From a virus, in the IMG/VR virus record IMGVR_UViG_3300018868_001080: a stretch of 64,000 nucleotides of DNA, one strand, 5' to 3'. How positions within the stretch are numbered: position 1 is the first letter of the stretch; each line of letters begins with the position of its first letter. The notes beneath the pieces are model-generated. The model did not search any database. It saw only the letters and a list, made by a program, of their open reading frames with translations, and was not told the DNA's origin. Shown one piece after another: positions 18,917 to 28,883 of this stretch. Made by a program: the position numbers and the translations under genes.

Positions 18917-19668
18917 TCACCATACACACTAGTATTATTTGTACCATCAAATACAGTTGTCTTTGACAACACGTTCACATCAAATGGATAGTTCTTGGTG
19001 GCACCAATGGCATTTGCATCTTTTGCATCATCAAACACCTGTGTGTTTCCTTTTTCTGCTGTGAGGCCCGGCTCGAAACTAGTTTCATACCTCTTGGCTT
19101 TTAGCAACCAAACATAATGACCCAACAGTGGGTTGATTTTGTTTATATCTTGATCCAACCGCTCTGTAATTTCAAACAGCTTGCCGTCTCGTTCACCTGG
19201 TCTATCAGAACCATATTCTGTTAATTTGAACACATCACCTGATTTGGGTTCAATGGTGTAGCCATGAAATAAAGCAGACAATGAAGGAGTGTTGTATGCC
19301 TCATAAAAAGAACTTATGTGTATGTACATGGTGATGTCATCATCTGACTGAAACCCATACTTGCTCAATAACAGTGAATTCTCATTCAGATCAATGTATG
19401 TGATGAAATTGATGGGTATGCCATATACTGATGCGGGTTGTTCACCATAAAAATTATCACCGGAAAGAACTGGGTTGTATGTGTTGACATAGTATGTTAC
19501 CCGAGTCCCATACAGGTTAATCTGTTCTCTGTACACATTTGATACCATATCACGTTCACATTGATTGGTACCCTTGTCCATGAACCGGAAACATGTGTTC
19601 TCAGTTGTGTTGGATGGCAGAGGGTAAAACCTCACATCTGGATTGCCGGTATACCTATCAATGCTCAT
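18907..19668 (-). CDS. gp14: Neck/head-completion protein (gp14-like)
   Basis: EQINLYG..V.Y, FYGE, LSKYGFQSDD, PKSGD, LFEIT. Confidence 0.8.
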   Translation of the reverse strand: MSIDRYTGNPDVRFYPLPSNTTENTCFRFMDKGTNQCERDMVSNVYREQINLYGTRVTYYVNTYNPVLSGDNFYGEQPASVYGIPINFITYIDLNENSLLLSKYGFQSDDDITMYIHISSFYEAYNTPSLSALFHGYTIEPKSGDVFKLTEYGSDRPGERDGKLFEITERLDQDINKINPLLGHYVWLLKAKRYETSFEPGLTAEKGNTQVFDDAKDANAIGATKNYPFDVNVLSKTTVFDGTNNTSVYGDYE

Positions 19669-19669
19669 A

Positions 19670-20026
19670 TTACCTTTGCATCATGTATCGGTTTGTTTGT
19701 TTATCAAAATACACGCTGATTCCTGTGTTGCCAAGCTTCTTAACTTCACCTGGCAGAATAATACCTATGTTGAACCTTTGCTTGAGTTTGTTTAGCTCAG
19801 AAGGTGACAACACCTTTACACCTGTTTTGCCTTTGCGTAAATTATCCAGCTTGGCAAACGATCCCATGTCTGGTTGATGCATGTCAGGTACAAATTCTCT
19901 GTGCTTGCGGTTTATGCCCGATCGACCTATTGCATGATGGTGTCGTTTCTTTGTGCCTATCTTCATGCCCACAATCTTGTCCACGTTCTTTTTATTTGAC
20001 TTGGCAAAGTAGTCCTTGAAGGTCAT
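19670..20026 (-). CDS. Basic hypothetical protein, candidate head protein
   Basis: MTFKDYF N-terminus; TAAATA 5 nt upstream. Confidence 0.7.
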   Translation of the reverse strand: MTFKDYFAKSNKKNVDKIVGMKIGTKKRHHHAIGRSGINRKHREFVPDMHQPDMGSFAKLDNLRKGKTGVKVLSPSELNKLKQRFNIGIILPGEVKKLGNTGISVYFDKQTNRYMMQR

Positions 20027-20040
20027 AAAGGTATTTAAGC

Positions 20041-20068
20041 AAAAAAAACCCCTCTTTGGGAGGGGTTT
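20041..20068 (-). terminator. Rho-independent terminator
   Basis: Stem AAACCCCTC / GAGGGGTTT with 5-nt loop and an A8 run (U-tract on minus strand), just downstream of 21002-20091. Confidence 0.85.
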
Positions 20069-20090
20069 AAAAACTTTTTTTTAATCTATT

Positions 20091-21002
20091 TTAGAGGTTA
20101 AATGCTGACTTACCGGCGACAATCTTGGAGCTAACTACGTTTGCTTTGCCCTTGACTGAGGTAGGAGCGCCACCGCTAACACCACCACCCACTAGGGCAT
20201 GGCCTTTTTCACCATCTGCGCCAACCTTATCAGTGTACTTACCGTCGCCACCTTTACCAGCCTTCTTACCAGCTGTTGATACTTCACTTGGAACGACATT
20301 GGAACCTGACGAAACTTTGTTCAATCCTTTGTTGAGCTTCTCTGCATCAACCACTGCATGGCCGACTTCTTCTGCATCTACTGCTTCACCAGCAACTTCA
20401 CGTGCTTCTTCTTGTTGCTCGTGTCCCATTTCAGAATTCTCTTCACCTGCACCCTCTTCATCAGTGACATCTTCATCAGCAGGGCACTTCTCGTGAGCCA
20501 GTTGCAGAAGCTCCAATGCCTTGGCAATGAGCTCTTTGGAGTTCATCTCAGCTTCAGACTTTGCACCTTCATCACCAGTGTCGATGTCCAGCTGCTGTGC
20601 ATCCAGAGCCTCCATGTCCTGGGGCTGGCCTTCGCCACCCATCACATCTTCGTAAAGTTTGTCAAAAATAGATTTATTGTTCATGAAATTATTTATATTC
20701 TCTTTCACCTTTTTTTTCACATTATTTGAAAATTTCTCTGGTTCGTAGTGATTATCTTCACCTTTGTTGGTCTTAGGATCCACAATGTTCTTGTTGAACC
20801 CATCAGCATTCTCTGGGCCTGAGTCTTTATGAAAGTAAGGTTGTGCAGGCTGACCATCATCTTGCAGAGGCTCTGTTATTTTAACAGAAGGAATTGCATG
20901 CAGTGGTTTGCCAGGCTTGGTGCCAAATTTGGCTTTTGGGTCAGCCAGCTTGGTTGCTTCATAGAGAGCTGATAAATCTAATAGGTCGCGAACTTTATTC
21001 AT
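20091..21002 (-). CDS. Acidic/Gly-Lys-rich low-complexity protein; candidate prohead core or internal head protein
   Basis: MNKVRDLLDLSALYEA start 5 nt after TAAATA; E/D-rich middle; followed by a terminator. Confidence 0.7.
   Translation of the reverse strand: MNKVRDLLDLSALYEATKLADPKAKFGTKPGKPLHAIPSVKITEPLQDDGQPAQPYFHKDSGPENADGFNKNIVDPKTNKGEDNHYEPEKFSNNVKKKVKENINNFMNNKSIFDKLYEDVMGGEGQPQDMEALDAQQLDIDTGDEGAKSEAEMNSKELIAKALELLQLAHEKCPADEDVTDEEGAGEENSEMGHEQQEEAREVAGEAVDAEEVGHAVVDAEKLNKGLNKVSSGSNVVPSEVSTAGKKAGKGGDGKYTDKVGADGEKGHALVGGGVSGGAPTSVKGKANVVSSKIVAGKSAFNL
20690..20697 (-). promoter_or_regulatory. Internal T4-type late promoter TATAAATA, 5 nt before in-frame ATG 20684
   Basis: Minus strand reads GAATATAAATAATTTC-ATG-AAC-AAT-AAA. 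Confidence 0.65.
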
Positions 21003-21017
21003 ATAAGTATTTATGGT
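21002..21017. promoter_or_regulatory. Overlapping divergent late-promoter motifs (TATAAGTA on +, TAAATA on -)
   Basis: Only 15 nt separate the divergent start codons 21002(-) and 21018(+). Confidence 0.65.
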
Positions 21018-22721
21018 ATGCACAGCAAAGAAAACAAATTTTATTTAGGCAATAAGAACTTACCCACACCTGAAACAAAATTTGAGTGGACGCCAGTCAT
21101 GTTGGCTGAGCTCAAGAAATGTAGCAAAAATATATTACACTTTGCTGAAAACTATTTTTACATTGTGAATCTGGACAGAGGCAAAGAGAAGATAAAACTA
21201 CACAATTATCAAAGAAGAATTTTAAGATCCTTGCGTGACAACAGATTTGTTTGCTTCCTATCATCCAGACAAAGCGGCAAAACCACATTGATGACCATAT
21301 ATGCACTGTGGATATCATGTTTCTTTGATGACCAACGCATTCTTCTTGTGGCAAACAAGGAGCAAACTGCAATCAACATTTTCAAACGTGTGCGAATGGC
21401 ATATGAACAGCTTCCAAATTATTTGAAACCCGGTGCCATTGAGTATGGTAAAACATCCATGGTGCTTGGCAATGGCAGCAGCATTGGCATATCCACAACA
21501 TCCTCGGATGCAGGCAGAGGTGACAGTTGCAACGTGCTCATCTTGGATGAGTTGGCATTCATTGATGATGGCATGGTGCAAGATTTTTGGAAATCTGTGT
21601 ACCCCATCATCTCTTCATCTAAGAAATCAAAAATATTTGTTGCCAGCACTCCTAATGGAACTGGCAACTTGTTTCACGAATTGTATTCTGGTGCTATAGA
21701 AGATTCAAATGGATGGAAAGCGGAAAGAGTAGATTGGTGGGAAGTGCCTGGTCGTGATGAAGAGTGGAAAGAGAAAACAATTCGTTCACTGGGCAACAGA
21801 GAATACTTTGATCAAGAGTTTGGTAATGTGTTCCTGCAATCAGGTGAAAGTTCTCTATCAGAAAAACTTTTCGAGGAACTAAAAGGTGGATGCAAGGACC
21901 CAGAGTTTGTTTTTGAAAATGGCAAATACAGAGTGTGGGAAGAGCCTAATGAAAAAAATATTTACGTTGTTGGGGTGGATGTGGCTGAAGGTGTCAGCAA
22001 CAATTACAGCGTGGTTCAAATACTGGATATTACAAATTTAAAAGAAATCAAGCAAGTGGCTGTGTATGGTGATAATAACATTACGCCTTTTAACTTTATC
22101 TCTAAACTTTTAGAAATTTTAAAACAATGGGGCTCACCACCGGTGTTAATTGAAAGGAACAATTGCGGTGCTCAAGTTGTGGATCAACTGAAATTAACAC
22201 ATCACTATGAAAACATTGTTTCTTACTCACCAAAAATTAACGGTCAAGAATATGCAAACCGGGTTGGTGTTGTGGCACACACAAATTCAAAATACAAAGG
22301 TGTCACTAACATGCGCTACTGGGTGAATGAATTGAAGGTTGTGAAGCTCTTTGATAGAGACACAGTGCTGGAATTAAAAAACTTTGTGCGCTATCCCAAT
22401 GGTACATGGGCTGCACGTCAAGGAGATCACAACGATGACAGGGTGATGTCTCTCATATGGGCTTTGATAATTCTTGAAAATGAAGTGTGTGAAAAATATT
22501 TTGACATCATAGAGTATGATACCAACCGCAAGCCACTGCTTTTGAAGCTGTTTGATTATGGCATAAGAAGCTTCATGAAACCATCAACTTACCTAAATAA
22601 TGAGAAGGGTTATGATGAAAACAGCAACAACATGCCCATCATTATCACAGGCAATAACAACGACCCATTTGAAATTGATGATCTCACATCACAAGGCTGG
22701 AAGAGGCTAAATGTCAACTAA
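21018..22721 (+). CDS. gp17: Terminase large subunit (gp17)
   Basis: SRQSGKT, Walker B LILDELAF, STPNG, QEF, nuclease GVDVAEG, DDRVMS. Confidence 0.97.
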   Translation: MHSKENKFYLGNKNLPTPETKFEWTPVMLAELKKCSKNILHFAENYFYIVNLDRGKEKIKLHNYQRRILRSLRDNRFVCFLSSRQSGKTTLMTIYALWISCFFDDQRILLVANKEQTAINIFKRVRMAYEQLPNYLKPGAIEYGKTSMVLGNGSSIGISTTSSDAGRGDSCNVLILDELAFIDDGMVQDFWKSVYPIISSSKKSKIFVASTPNGTGNLFHELYSGAIEDSNGWKAERVDWWEVPGRDEEWKEKTIRSLGNREYFDQEFGNVFLQSGESSLSEKLFEELKGGCKDPEFVFENGKYRVWEEPNEKNIYVVGVDVAEGVSNNYSVVQILDITNLKEIKQVAVYGDNNITPFNFISKLLEILKQWGSPPVLIERNNCGAQVVDQLKLTHHYENIVSYSPKINGQEYANRVGVVAHTNSKYKGVTNMRYWVNELKVVKLFDRDTVLELKNFVRYPNGTWAARQGDHNDDRVMSLIWALIILENEVCEKYFDIIEYDTNRKPLLLKLFDYGIRSFMKPSTYLNNEKGYDENSNNMPIIITGNNNDPFEIDDLTSQGWKRLNVN

Positions 22722-23319
22722 CTACACACAGTCACCTTTCAATAAGCAACGCAAAGATAAATTTCTTTTTGTGATGTCTCTGCCTGAAGCCTTGAGAGAT
22801 ATCAACAAAAAAATTACTCGCTCCACTACAAACATTCAGTTCGATTCCATCTCTTTCTCAGTGTACGGCGTTGTGGTGCCAAGTGTATCCATAAATGAAG
22901 TTGCTACCAGATATGCAGGGCAAACCTTGCATGTATCTTCAGAATCACGGCCACCCTACACAAATGTCACTGTTAATTTCACTATAGATAACTATTTCAA
23001 CAACTACTGGGCAATATACAGCTGGTTGGATTTAATTAACAATCAAAAATATAATGACCTGGATAACAGGGATTTGGTAGCTGGTACCACATCAGAAGTG
23101 TACAAATCTATCTTTACTTTGTATGGTCTGGACGAGTATGACAACAGAGTTATTCAATTTGACTTCACAAAAGCATTTCCCACGTCTTTAGGAGAAATAA
23201 ATTATAGCTATAGAGATGCAGCTCAAATAGACACTTCTTTTGATTTTGCTTTTGATCAACTCATAACAAAATTGATAACTCCCACTGAAACACAACCAAC
23301 AACTACAACTAATTTATAA
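22711..23319 (+). CDS. Tail tube-fold protein (gp3-like tail completion)
   Basis: V.F.ID.YFNNYW.IY.W, F.F..AFPTSLGEI.Y; upstream of the sheath gene. Confidence 0.7.
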   Translation: MSTNYTQSPFNKQRKDKFLFVMSLPEALRDINKKITRSTTNIQFDSISFSVYGVVVPSVSINEVATRYAGQTLHVSSESRPPYTNVTVNFTIDNYFNNYWAIYSWLDLINNQKYNDLDNRDLVAGTTSEVYKSIFTLYGLDEYDNRVIQFDFTKAFPTSLGEINYSYRDAAQIDTSFDFAFDQLITKLITPTETQPTTTTNL

Positions 23320-23346
23320 AAAGCAAAGAATTTTGTAACGAAAAGA

Positions 23347-23354
23347 TATAAATA
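23347..23354 (+). promoter_or_regulatory. T4-type late promoter TATAAATA, representative of about 25 similar sites
   Basis: Exact T4 late consensus 8 nt before the sheath ATG; other sites are listed in findings. Confidence 0.8.
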
Positions 23355-23362
23355 ATTTCAGT

Positions 23363-25672
23363 ATGGCAAGAACAATCCAAAGTCCCGGTGTACAAGTAAG
23401 CGAATTTGATTTTTCACTAAGAGCAGCAACCAACGATACAACCAATGTATTAGTTGCAGGATTTGCTGCACAAGGTCCCACATATGAACCCATTATAGTT
23501 TCGACACTTTCCGAATTTGAAGCAATATACGGCACACCCACAAATGGTGCTGAAAGGTATTTCTATCACACTGCAAAAGCTGTACTGGCAAGCCCTGCCA
23601 CAATTTATGCTAGCAGAATTGCATATGGCCCGGCTTTAGGTGATGGGTATGGATCCAAATACACTGCATTGGTTTATCCTGTGCGTGGCAAAGTTGCAGG
23701 CACTGGTGATATTCAGACAAATTTACAATTAATCAGTGGTGATGGAGACATGTATGTGTTGGGACGTCCCAACTTGGTTGAACTGTCAGATGTTGATTAC
23801 CAGAACATACAGAATGGCAGTGCATTCACATGGTCTGCAAATACTGACTCCAGCAACGGTGTCATTACTTCAGTTGGTAGCTTCGGTCAAGCAGGTGTAA
23901 TCATTATCAACAAGCAGAAGTACACCACCAATACAAATTTTGAGGGGTATTATGTTGGCTTGATTGACAACACAACAGTTAACCCACAAGTAGATTACCG
24001 TGGCATCAATGATGCACTCACAGTCAGCTTGACTGGTACCAGATCTGGCGGATTAAATTCCACATACACACCGCTGCTACCATCTAGACTCAATTTTGCA
24101 CTTAGCGCCACATTCACAGGCATTGATGGATCTGTGTCACAAGACATGGAGTTCACAACTTTCAACATTGGCACCACTGCATTCAGAGATTGCTTGAATG
24201 TTGGATTGTTCAAATTGAGACAAACCGTTTTCTCACCAACAGTGTTGCAACTAAGCAAATCACTGATGGAACCATATGTGGGTTCAATCAATTATTACCG
24301 CCAACAGTTTCCTGAGAATGGTGGCGCAGCACAGAGCTTCTTTATTGGTGATGTGGATGACACGTCCACATCAATTGAAATACTGGTTAACCCCTACGTT
24401 TCTAAAAGAGATTTAAGCACAAACAATTCTACCGCAGCTGGAAATCCTAAAGTAGCAATCCGCGTGTTGGGTAGTGGTCTTCGATATGATGCACAACTTG
24501 ATCCAACATTCACAGGCATCACACCCCAGCAAGTTGATTCGTTTATCGCATCAGGGGATGGGATTGGCGATGCAGGTGCATTGTTCCCTCTTGGTTCTTA
24601 CACACTGGATAATCCATACACAAAGAGTATTGGAAATGTGCCAGGCAAAGTTAATAAACTGTTACAAAAATTTGAGAATTATGATGTGTACCCACTGACA
24701 TTGACTGTTGAAGGCGGTCTTGGAACAATATATGCAAGTGCGTCCGCTAATAATGACATATTTGACGATTACAAATACATCACTGGTTACAATGGTTTAT
24801 CATCTTCAACTGGAATCACAGGTGATGCTAAAGGTTTGAGAGATTGCTATGCAAGTGTGTTTGAAGAATTCAGAGTGTTTGCACAGGATGTGCGCAAAGA
24901 TCACATGTTCATCGCTGATGCACCGTTGCCCATCTTTATTCAAGGCAAAAATGTTAAGACAATTGAAAGACCGGATACCAACTTCACATCCAACATCTAC
25001 TGGCCACTACGCAATGTGTATGACTCAGTTAATTCAAGCTATGTGTGCGTGTATGCCAATTGTGCCCGGGTGAACGACGCTGCATCAAGCGCACAAGTCT
25101 GGGTGCCTTTCTCAGGTTTTGCAGCAAACTTGATGGCAAGAACTGATACCAATTTCCAGCCATGGTTTGCACCAGCCGGGTTTAATCGTGGCAATGTTGC
25201 TGGAGCTGTTGACATTGCTCTGTACCCCAAGCAAAAGCAACGAGATCAATTATACAAGATTGGCATGAACCCAGTTGCATTCTTTCCTGCTGAGGGATTT
25301 GTTGTGTATGGACAGAAAACACTGCAACGGCAACCAAGTGCATTTGATCGCATCAATGTGCGCCGGTTGTTCATAAATCTTGAAACACTGGTACGCAACA
25401 CTGTGAAGAGTTTCATATTTGAACCCAACACATTGTTCACACGCACACAAGTGATTAACACAATAACACCATTTTTTGAGAATGCTAAAAATACTGCTGG
25501 TGTATATGACTACTTGATCATATGTGATGAAAAAAATAATACACCTTCTGTAATTGATGACAACACCATGGTTGTTGATATCTACCTCAAGCCTACCAGG
25601 ACAGCAGAGTATATCCTTGTGAACTTCTTTGCAACAAAGACAAGCCAGGACTTTAACGAAATTATTGCATAA
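23363..25672 (+). CDS. gp18: Contractile tail sheath (gp18)
   Basis: SPGVQVSE.D, GP, WFAPAGFNRG, YGQKTL, SAFDRINVRRLF, FEPN. Confidence 0.97.
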   Translation: MARTIQSPGVQVSEFDFSLRAATNDTTNVLVAGFAAQGPTYEPIIVSTLSEFEAIYGTPTNGAERYFYHTAKAVLASPATIYASRIAYGPALGDGYGSKYTALVYPVRGKVAGTGDIQTNLQLISGDGDMYVLGRPNLVELSDVDYQNIQNGSAFTWSANTDSSNGVITSVGSFGQAGVIIINKQKYTTNTNFEGYYVGLIDNTTVNPQVDYRGINDALTVSLTGTRSGGLNSTYTPLLPSRLNFALSATFTGIDGSVSQDMEFTTFNIGTTAFRDCLNVGLFKLRQTVFSPTVLQLSKSLMEPYVGSINYYRQQFPENGGAAQSFFIGDVDDTSTSIEILVNPYVSKRDLSTNNSTAAGNPKVAIRVLGSGLRYDAQLDPTFTGITPQQVDSFIASGDGIGDAGALFPLGSYTLDNPYTKSIGNVPGKVNKLLQKFENYDVYPLTLTVEGGLGTIYASASANNDIFDDYKYITGYNGLSSSTGITGDAKGLRDCYASVFEEFRVFAQDVRKDHMFIADAPLPIFIQGKNVKTIERPDTNFTSNIYWPLRNVYDSVNSSYVCVYANCARVNDAASSAQVWVPFSGFAANLMARTDTNFQPWFAPAGFNRGNVAGAVDIALYPKQKQRDQLYKIGMNPVAFFPAEGFVVYGQKTLQRQPSAFDRINVRRLFINLETLVRNTVKSFIFEPNTLFTRTQVINTITPFFENAKNTAGVYDYLIICDEKNNTPSVIDDNTMVVDIYLKPTRTAEYILVNFFATKTSQDFNEIIA

Positions 25673-25687
25673 CGAATAAATATTTTT

Positions 25688-26233
25688 ATGGCAGATGTAA
25701 ATCAATTAATATCAGACTTCTACAGAGTAGCGCAAGAGAGAGATTTCGCGCGCGACTTTCAATTCAGAGTGCTTTCAATCAATGCTGGCGATTCTGGTGT
25801 AACTTTTGATAATAATGATTTGGTGTATATTCGTACTGCAACATTACCTGAGAGAGCAATTACAAACAAACAAGTACCTTACATGGGTCTTAATTTTAAC
25901 GTGCCAGGCAACGCTACATACCCAAACAGCGAAGCTTATCAAGTGGAGTTTTACGCAGATGCACAATCGCAACTCCGGCAGAAGTTTGAAGATTGGTCCA
26001 GAAGCACATTTGATGATGCCAACAGCACAGGCAATTATTTCACACCAAAACAGAATTCTACAATTGACTTGGTTCAACTTGATTCCAAACTTGCAAAAGT
26101 GGCTCAATATCAATTGGTGGGTGTTTCAGTGCGTAATGTTGGTGCACTCACATACAACATTGCTGACGGAACAGGTGAAATCCTAAGATTCACTGCCACA
26201 CTAGCTTATCATTACTGGAAAAGAGTCTCGTAA
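25688..26233 (+). CDS. gp19: Tail tube protein (gp19)
   Basis: Follows the sheath gene; ATLP, PYMG, FYAD, FE.W, F.ATLAY.YW. Confidence 0.85.
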   Translation: MADVNQLISDFYRVAQERDFARDFQFRVLSINAGDSGVTFDNNDLVYIRTATLPERAITNKQVPYMGLNFNVPGNATYPNSEAYQVEFYADAQSQLRQKFEDWSRSTFDDANSTGNYFTPKQNSTIDLVQLDSKLAKVAQYQLVGVSVRNVGALTYNIADGTGEILRFTATLAYHYWKRVS

Positions 26234-26262
26234 TTCTCGCAACAGTTCATTAAATATTTTTA

Positions 26263-27189
26263 ATGAACAACCCCATAACAGACGCAGCGTCTGGCCTGGC
26301 TCAAAACGCACAAGGTTTAATTACAGGACAAAACCCACTATTTGCTCCACAAGTAACCAATTTATTTGGATTCAATATACCTGCAGTGCCTTTGATTGGT
26401 GTTCGCGATTACTTTCTCACACAAATGGAATCGTGGTCCACTTCCATTCCATTGCGCACACAATGGATTGTGTTGATTGACAGATACCCTGCAGCATTAA
26501 ATTCTAGAATTATACAAGGCCTGGAAATTATTGGTGGTGACAAAAAGGGGTATGACATTGACCCTGCATTGACCATACTCAAGAGCTACCCCCTGCAAAG
26601 AATCATAGGTTGTTTGTTTGCGTCATCTGTTTCCATCCCACCTGAAACTCTGGATACTGATTTTGCTACTATTAAAAATAACAGAGGATTTCTTGGTGGT
26701 CCAGTAAGTTCTGAGCGTCAGAAATACGGTTCTTTCTTGCGCATAGGATTCAGAGAGACCAACACATCATTTGTGGATGTGGTAATCAGGCCTTGGGTCA
26801 TACTGGCATCACACATGGGGTTTGCAGCTCGACCTGGCGACCTGGGTGGCAAGCGCGATTATTACAACGTCAAAACAGACATCACAATCATGCAGTATGC
26901 ACAAACCTATCAGAACATATCCATGGTGCCTAGAAAGGTTTGGCAGTTTTATAACTGTGTGCCAGTCACATTGGATGCAGAAGAAGCTGTGTATGATCCT
27001 AGTGGTGAGGTGCTCGATATTTTTCAAACAAGCTGGATATTTTCTCACTACACTGTGACACCCAACTTGTATTTCCCACTTGTCAACATAATTAAGCGTA
27101 TAGAACAAGGTCAGCTACCAGTTATCTCACCAGTGCAGAGCGGGTTCCAGGGCGGTTTTGGTAGTATTAACCCGTTCGGCTTGATATGA
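26263..27189 (+). CDS. Tube-fold baseplate/tail tube initiator (gp54-like)
   Basis: Tube-like motifs I.F.ET, I.IMQY, W.FYNC.P; position. Confidence 0.55.
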   Translation: MNNPITDAASGLAQNAQGLITGQNPLFAPQVTNLFGFNIPAVPLIGVRDYFLTQMESWSTSIPLRTQWIVLIDRYPAALNSRIIQGLEIIGGDKKGYDIDPALTILKSYPLQRIIGCLFASSVSIPPETLDTDFATIKNNRGFLGGPVSSERQKYGSFLRIGFRETNTSFVDVVIRPWVILASHMGFAARPGDLGGKRDYYNVKTDITIMQYAQTYQNISMVPRKVWQFYNCVPVTLDAEEAVYDPSGEVLDIFQTSWIFSHYTVTPNLYFPLVNIIKRIEQGQLPVISPVQSGFQGGFGSINPFGLI

Positions 27190-28076
27190 TCAATAGATTT
27201 AAATTAAAATTATATGTTCCCAGCTTAGACGACAGAGTTTATTTTGATGAACTCAAGAATTTTTATCTGTTAAATATTCTCAAGTTTACAACAAACAAAG
27301 ATAGCAAAGGGCTTGCTGAATACTTTGAGTATGTTATCAGGGATCTAATACAAGACAAGTCTCTGTTTCATCAGTTAGATAGCTTTGATAAATTTATTAT
27401 ATTATTACAATTCAAAGCAATTAATATAAACCCTGAATTAAAGTTTAAAATAAATGTCAAAGACGAGAGCAAGGTGCTGGCATATGATATTTTTCAAGAA
27501 ATAAAAAATTTAACTGAAGCTAAGCTAGTCAAGGAGAAGGTACTCAAAATCGATCACAATTTTTCTGTACACTTGAGCATACCATTGAAACTTTACATTG
27601 AAAATTTTGATGATGTTTTTCTTAATTGCATAAAATTTGTAAAAATAGATGATCAAAGCTTTAGCTTTGATGCGCTCACTGATGACGAACAAAACCAAAT
27701 ATTTGAAAGCATATCTGGTAGCTTCTTAAATCAAATCATGGAATTTTTAAATGAAAGCAAGAAGAGTTGCCAGAACGTTAATTTTCTTAAAGTTAATAAC
27801 TACATTGAAGAGCTCAACAGCTTGAAGTTAGATTTTTTTAATAATTCCATGCTGGGTTTTCTTGAATTGATATACTCTGAAGATTTAAAAAATTTATTTG
27901 AATTAATCTACGTTTTAATTAATAAGGTTAAGCTGGGCTTGACAGAATTCTACGACTTGGTACCATCCGAATCATTATTACTCTATGCACTCTATGCAAA
28001 AGATGTTAAAACACAGAACGAAGAGATGGAAAAATCAACCAAAAAATCTAGCATACCGTTGCAAACTTCGCCATAA
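27186..28076 (+). CDS. Baseplate hub assembly protein (gp26-like)
   Basis: Y.PS, D.F.ILL..KA, L..P pattern; similar layout to the next gene. Confidence 0.45.
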   Translation: MINRFKLKLYVPSLDDRVYFDELKNFYLLNILKFTTNKDSKGLAEYFEYVIRDLIQDKSLFHQLDSFDKFIILLQFKAININPELKFKINVKDESKVLAYDIFQEIKNLTEAKLVKEKVLKIDHNFSVHLSIPLKLYIENFDDVFLNCIKFVKIDDQSFSFDALTDDEQNQIFESISGSFLNQIMEFLNESKKSCQNVNFLKVNNYIEELNSLKLDFFNNSMLGFLELIYSEDLKNLFELIYVLINKVKLGLTEFYDLVPSESLLLYALYAKDVKTQNEEMEKSTKKSSIPLQTSP

Positions 28077-28092
28077 CCTTTAAATAGTTGTA

Positions 28093-28869
28093 ATGAGCTC
28101 AGATATCCTGCTGCAAAAGCTTAAAGAAATAAGCAACAAAAGCATAGATGTTTATATACCTTCTTTAGATAGGGACATACCTTTCAAGTCCCTTAACATC
28201 AAACAACAAAAAGAAATCATAAAGGCTTCTTTTGATAAGAACATACCAGGTATTTCTTTCAACAACATTTTAAATAGCATAATCAAAGAGAATTGTCAAG
28301 AGCAGCACATGGAATTGCTTGTTACAGACAGACCATCCATTGCCATTGCATTGCGTAAAAACATTTTTGGAACCAAGATTAAGAATGCAGTTAAAACTGA
28401 AACACTGGATGAAGAGAGTGTTGAGTTTGATCTTGAACAAGTAATCCAAACAAAAGCCAAGCTTGACATCACCACACTAAGAACAGTTAAATCGGATGTG
28501 CTTGAAGTGCAATTAAAAATACCCACACTTGCTACTGACAGCCGGGTCAACAAAGAAAGCCAAAAAGTGTTGTCACACCTGGTTGAGCAAAACAATACCA
28601 TCAAAGATCTCATCAGTGAATTGTTTGTGTATGAGCTTGTGAAATTCATTGATTATGTGGAAGTGCTTGACGTAGGCAAGGTGATTTTTGCAGAAATTAA
28701 TGTGGCAGATCAAATTAATATTGTGGAAAGCCTGACTGCAGAGGTGAACAAGAATATAATGGAATACATTGAACAAATAAGAGCTTTTGAAAAGAAATAC
28801 CTCTCTTTCACCAAGAATAACAAAGAATACAATATCAATTTAGACGCATCATTCTTTAGTAACGAATAA
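28093..28869 (+). CDS. Baseplate hub assembly protein (gp26-like)
   Basis: IPS...I.FK.L..KQQK.I, D...I.I.LR, L..PT, C-terminal FF. Confidence 0.6.
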   Translation: MSSDILLQKLKEISNKSIDVYIPSLDRDIPFKSLNIKQQKEIIKASFDKNIPGISFNNILNSIIKENCQEQHMELLVTDRPSIAIALRKNIFGTKIKNAVKTETLDEESVEFDLEQVIQTKAKLDITTLRTVKSDVLEVQLKIPTLATDSRVNKESQKVLSHLVEQNNTIKDLISELFVYELVKFIDYVEVLDVGKVIFAEINVADQINIVESLTAEVNKNIMEYIEQIRAFEKKYLSFTKNNKEYNINLDASFFSNE

Positions 28870-28883
28870 GTATTGTTATACTT

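Noticed and set aside
1559-22721. Introns or inteins in polymerase, helicase, primase or terminase
   Set aside because: Lengths are normal and motifs contiguous; no homing endonuclease or intein termini seen
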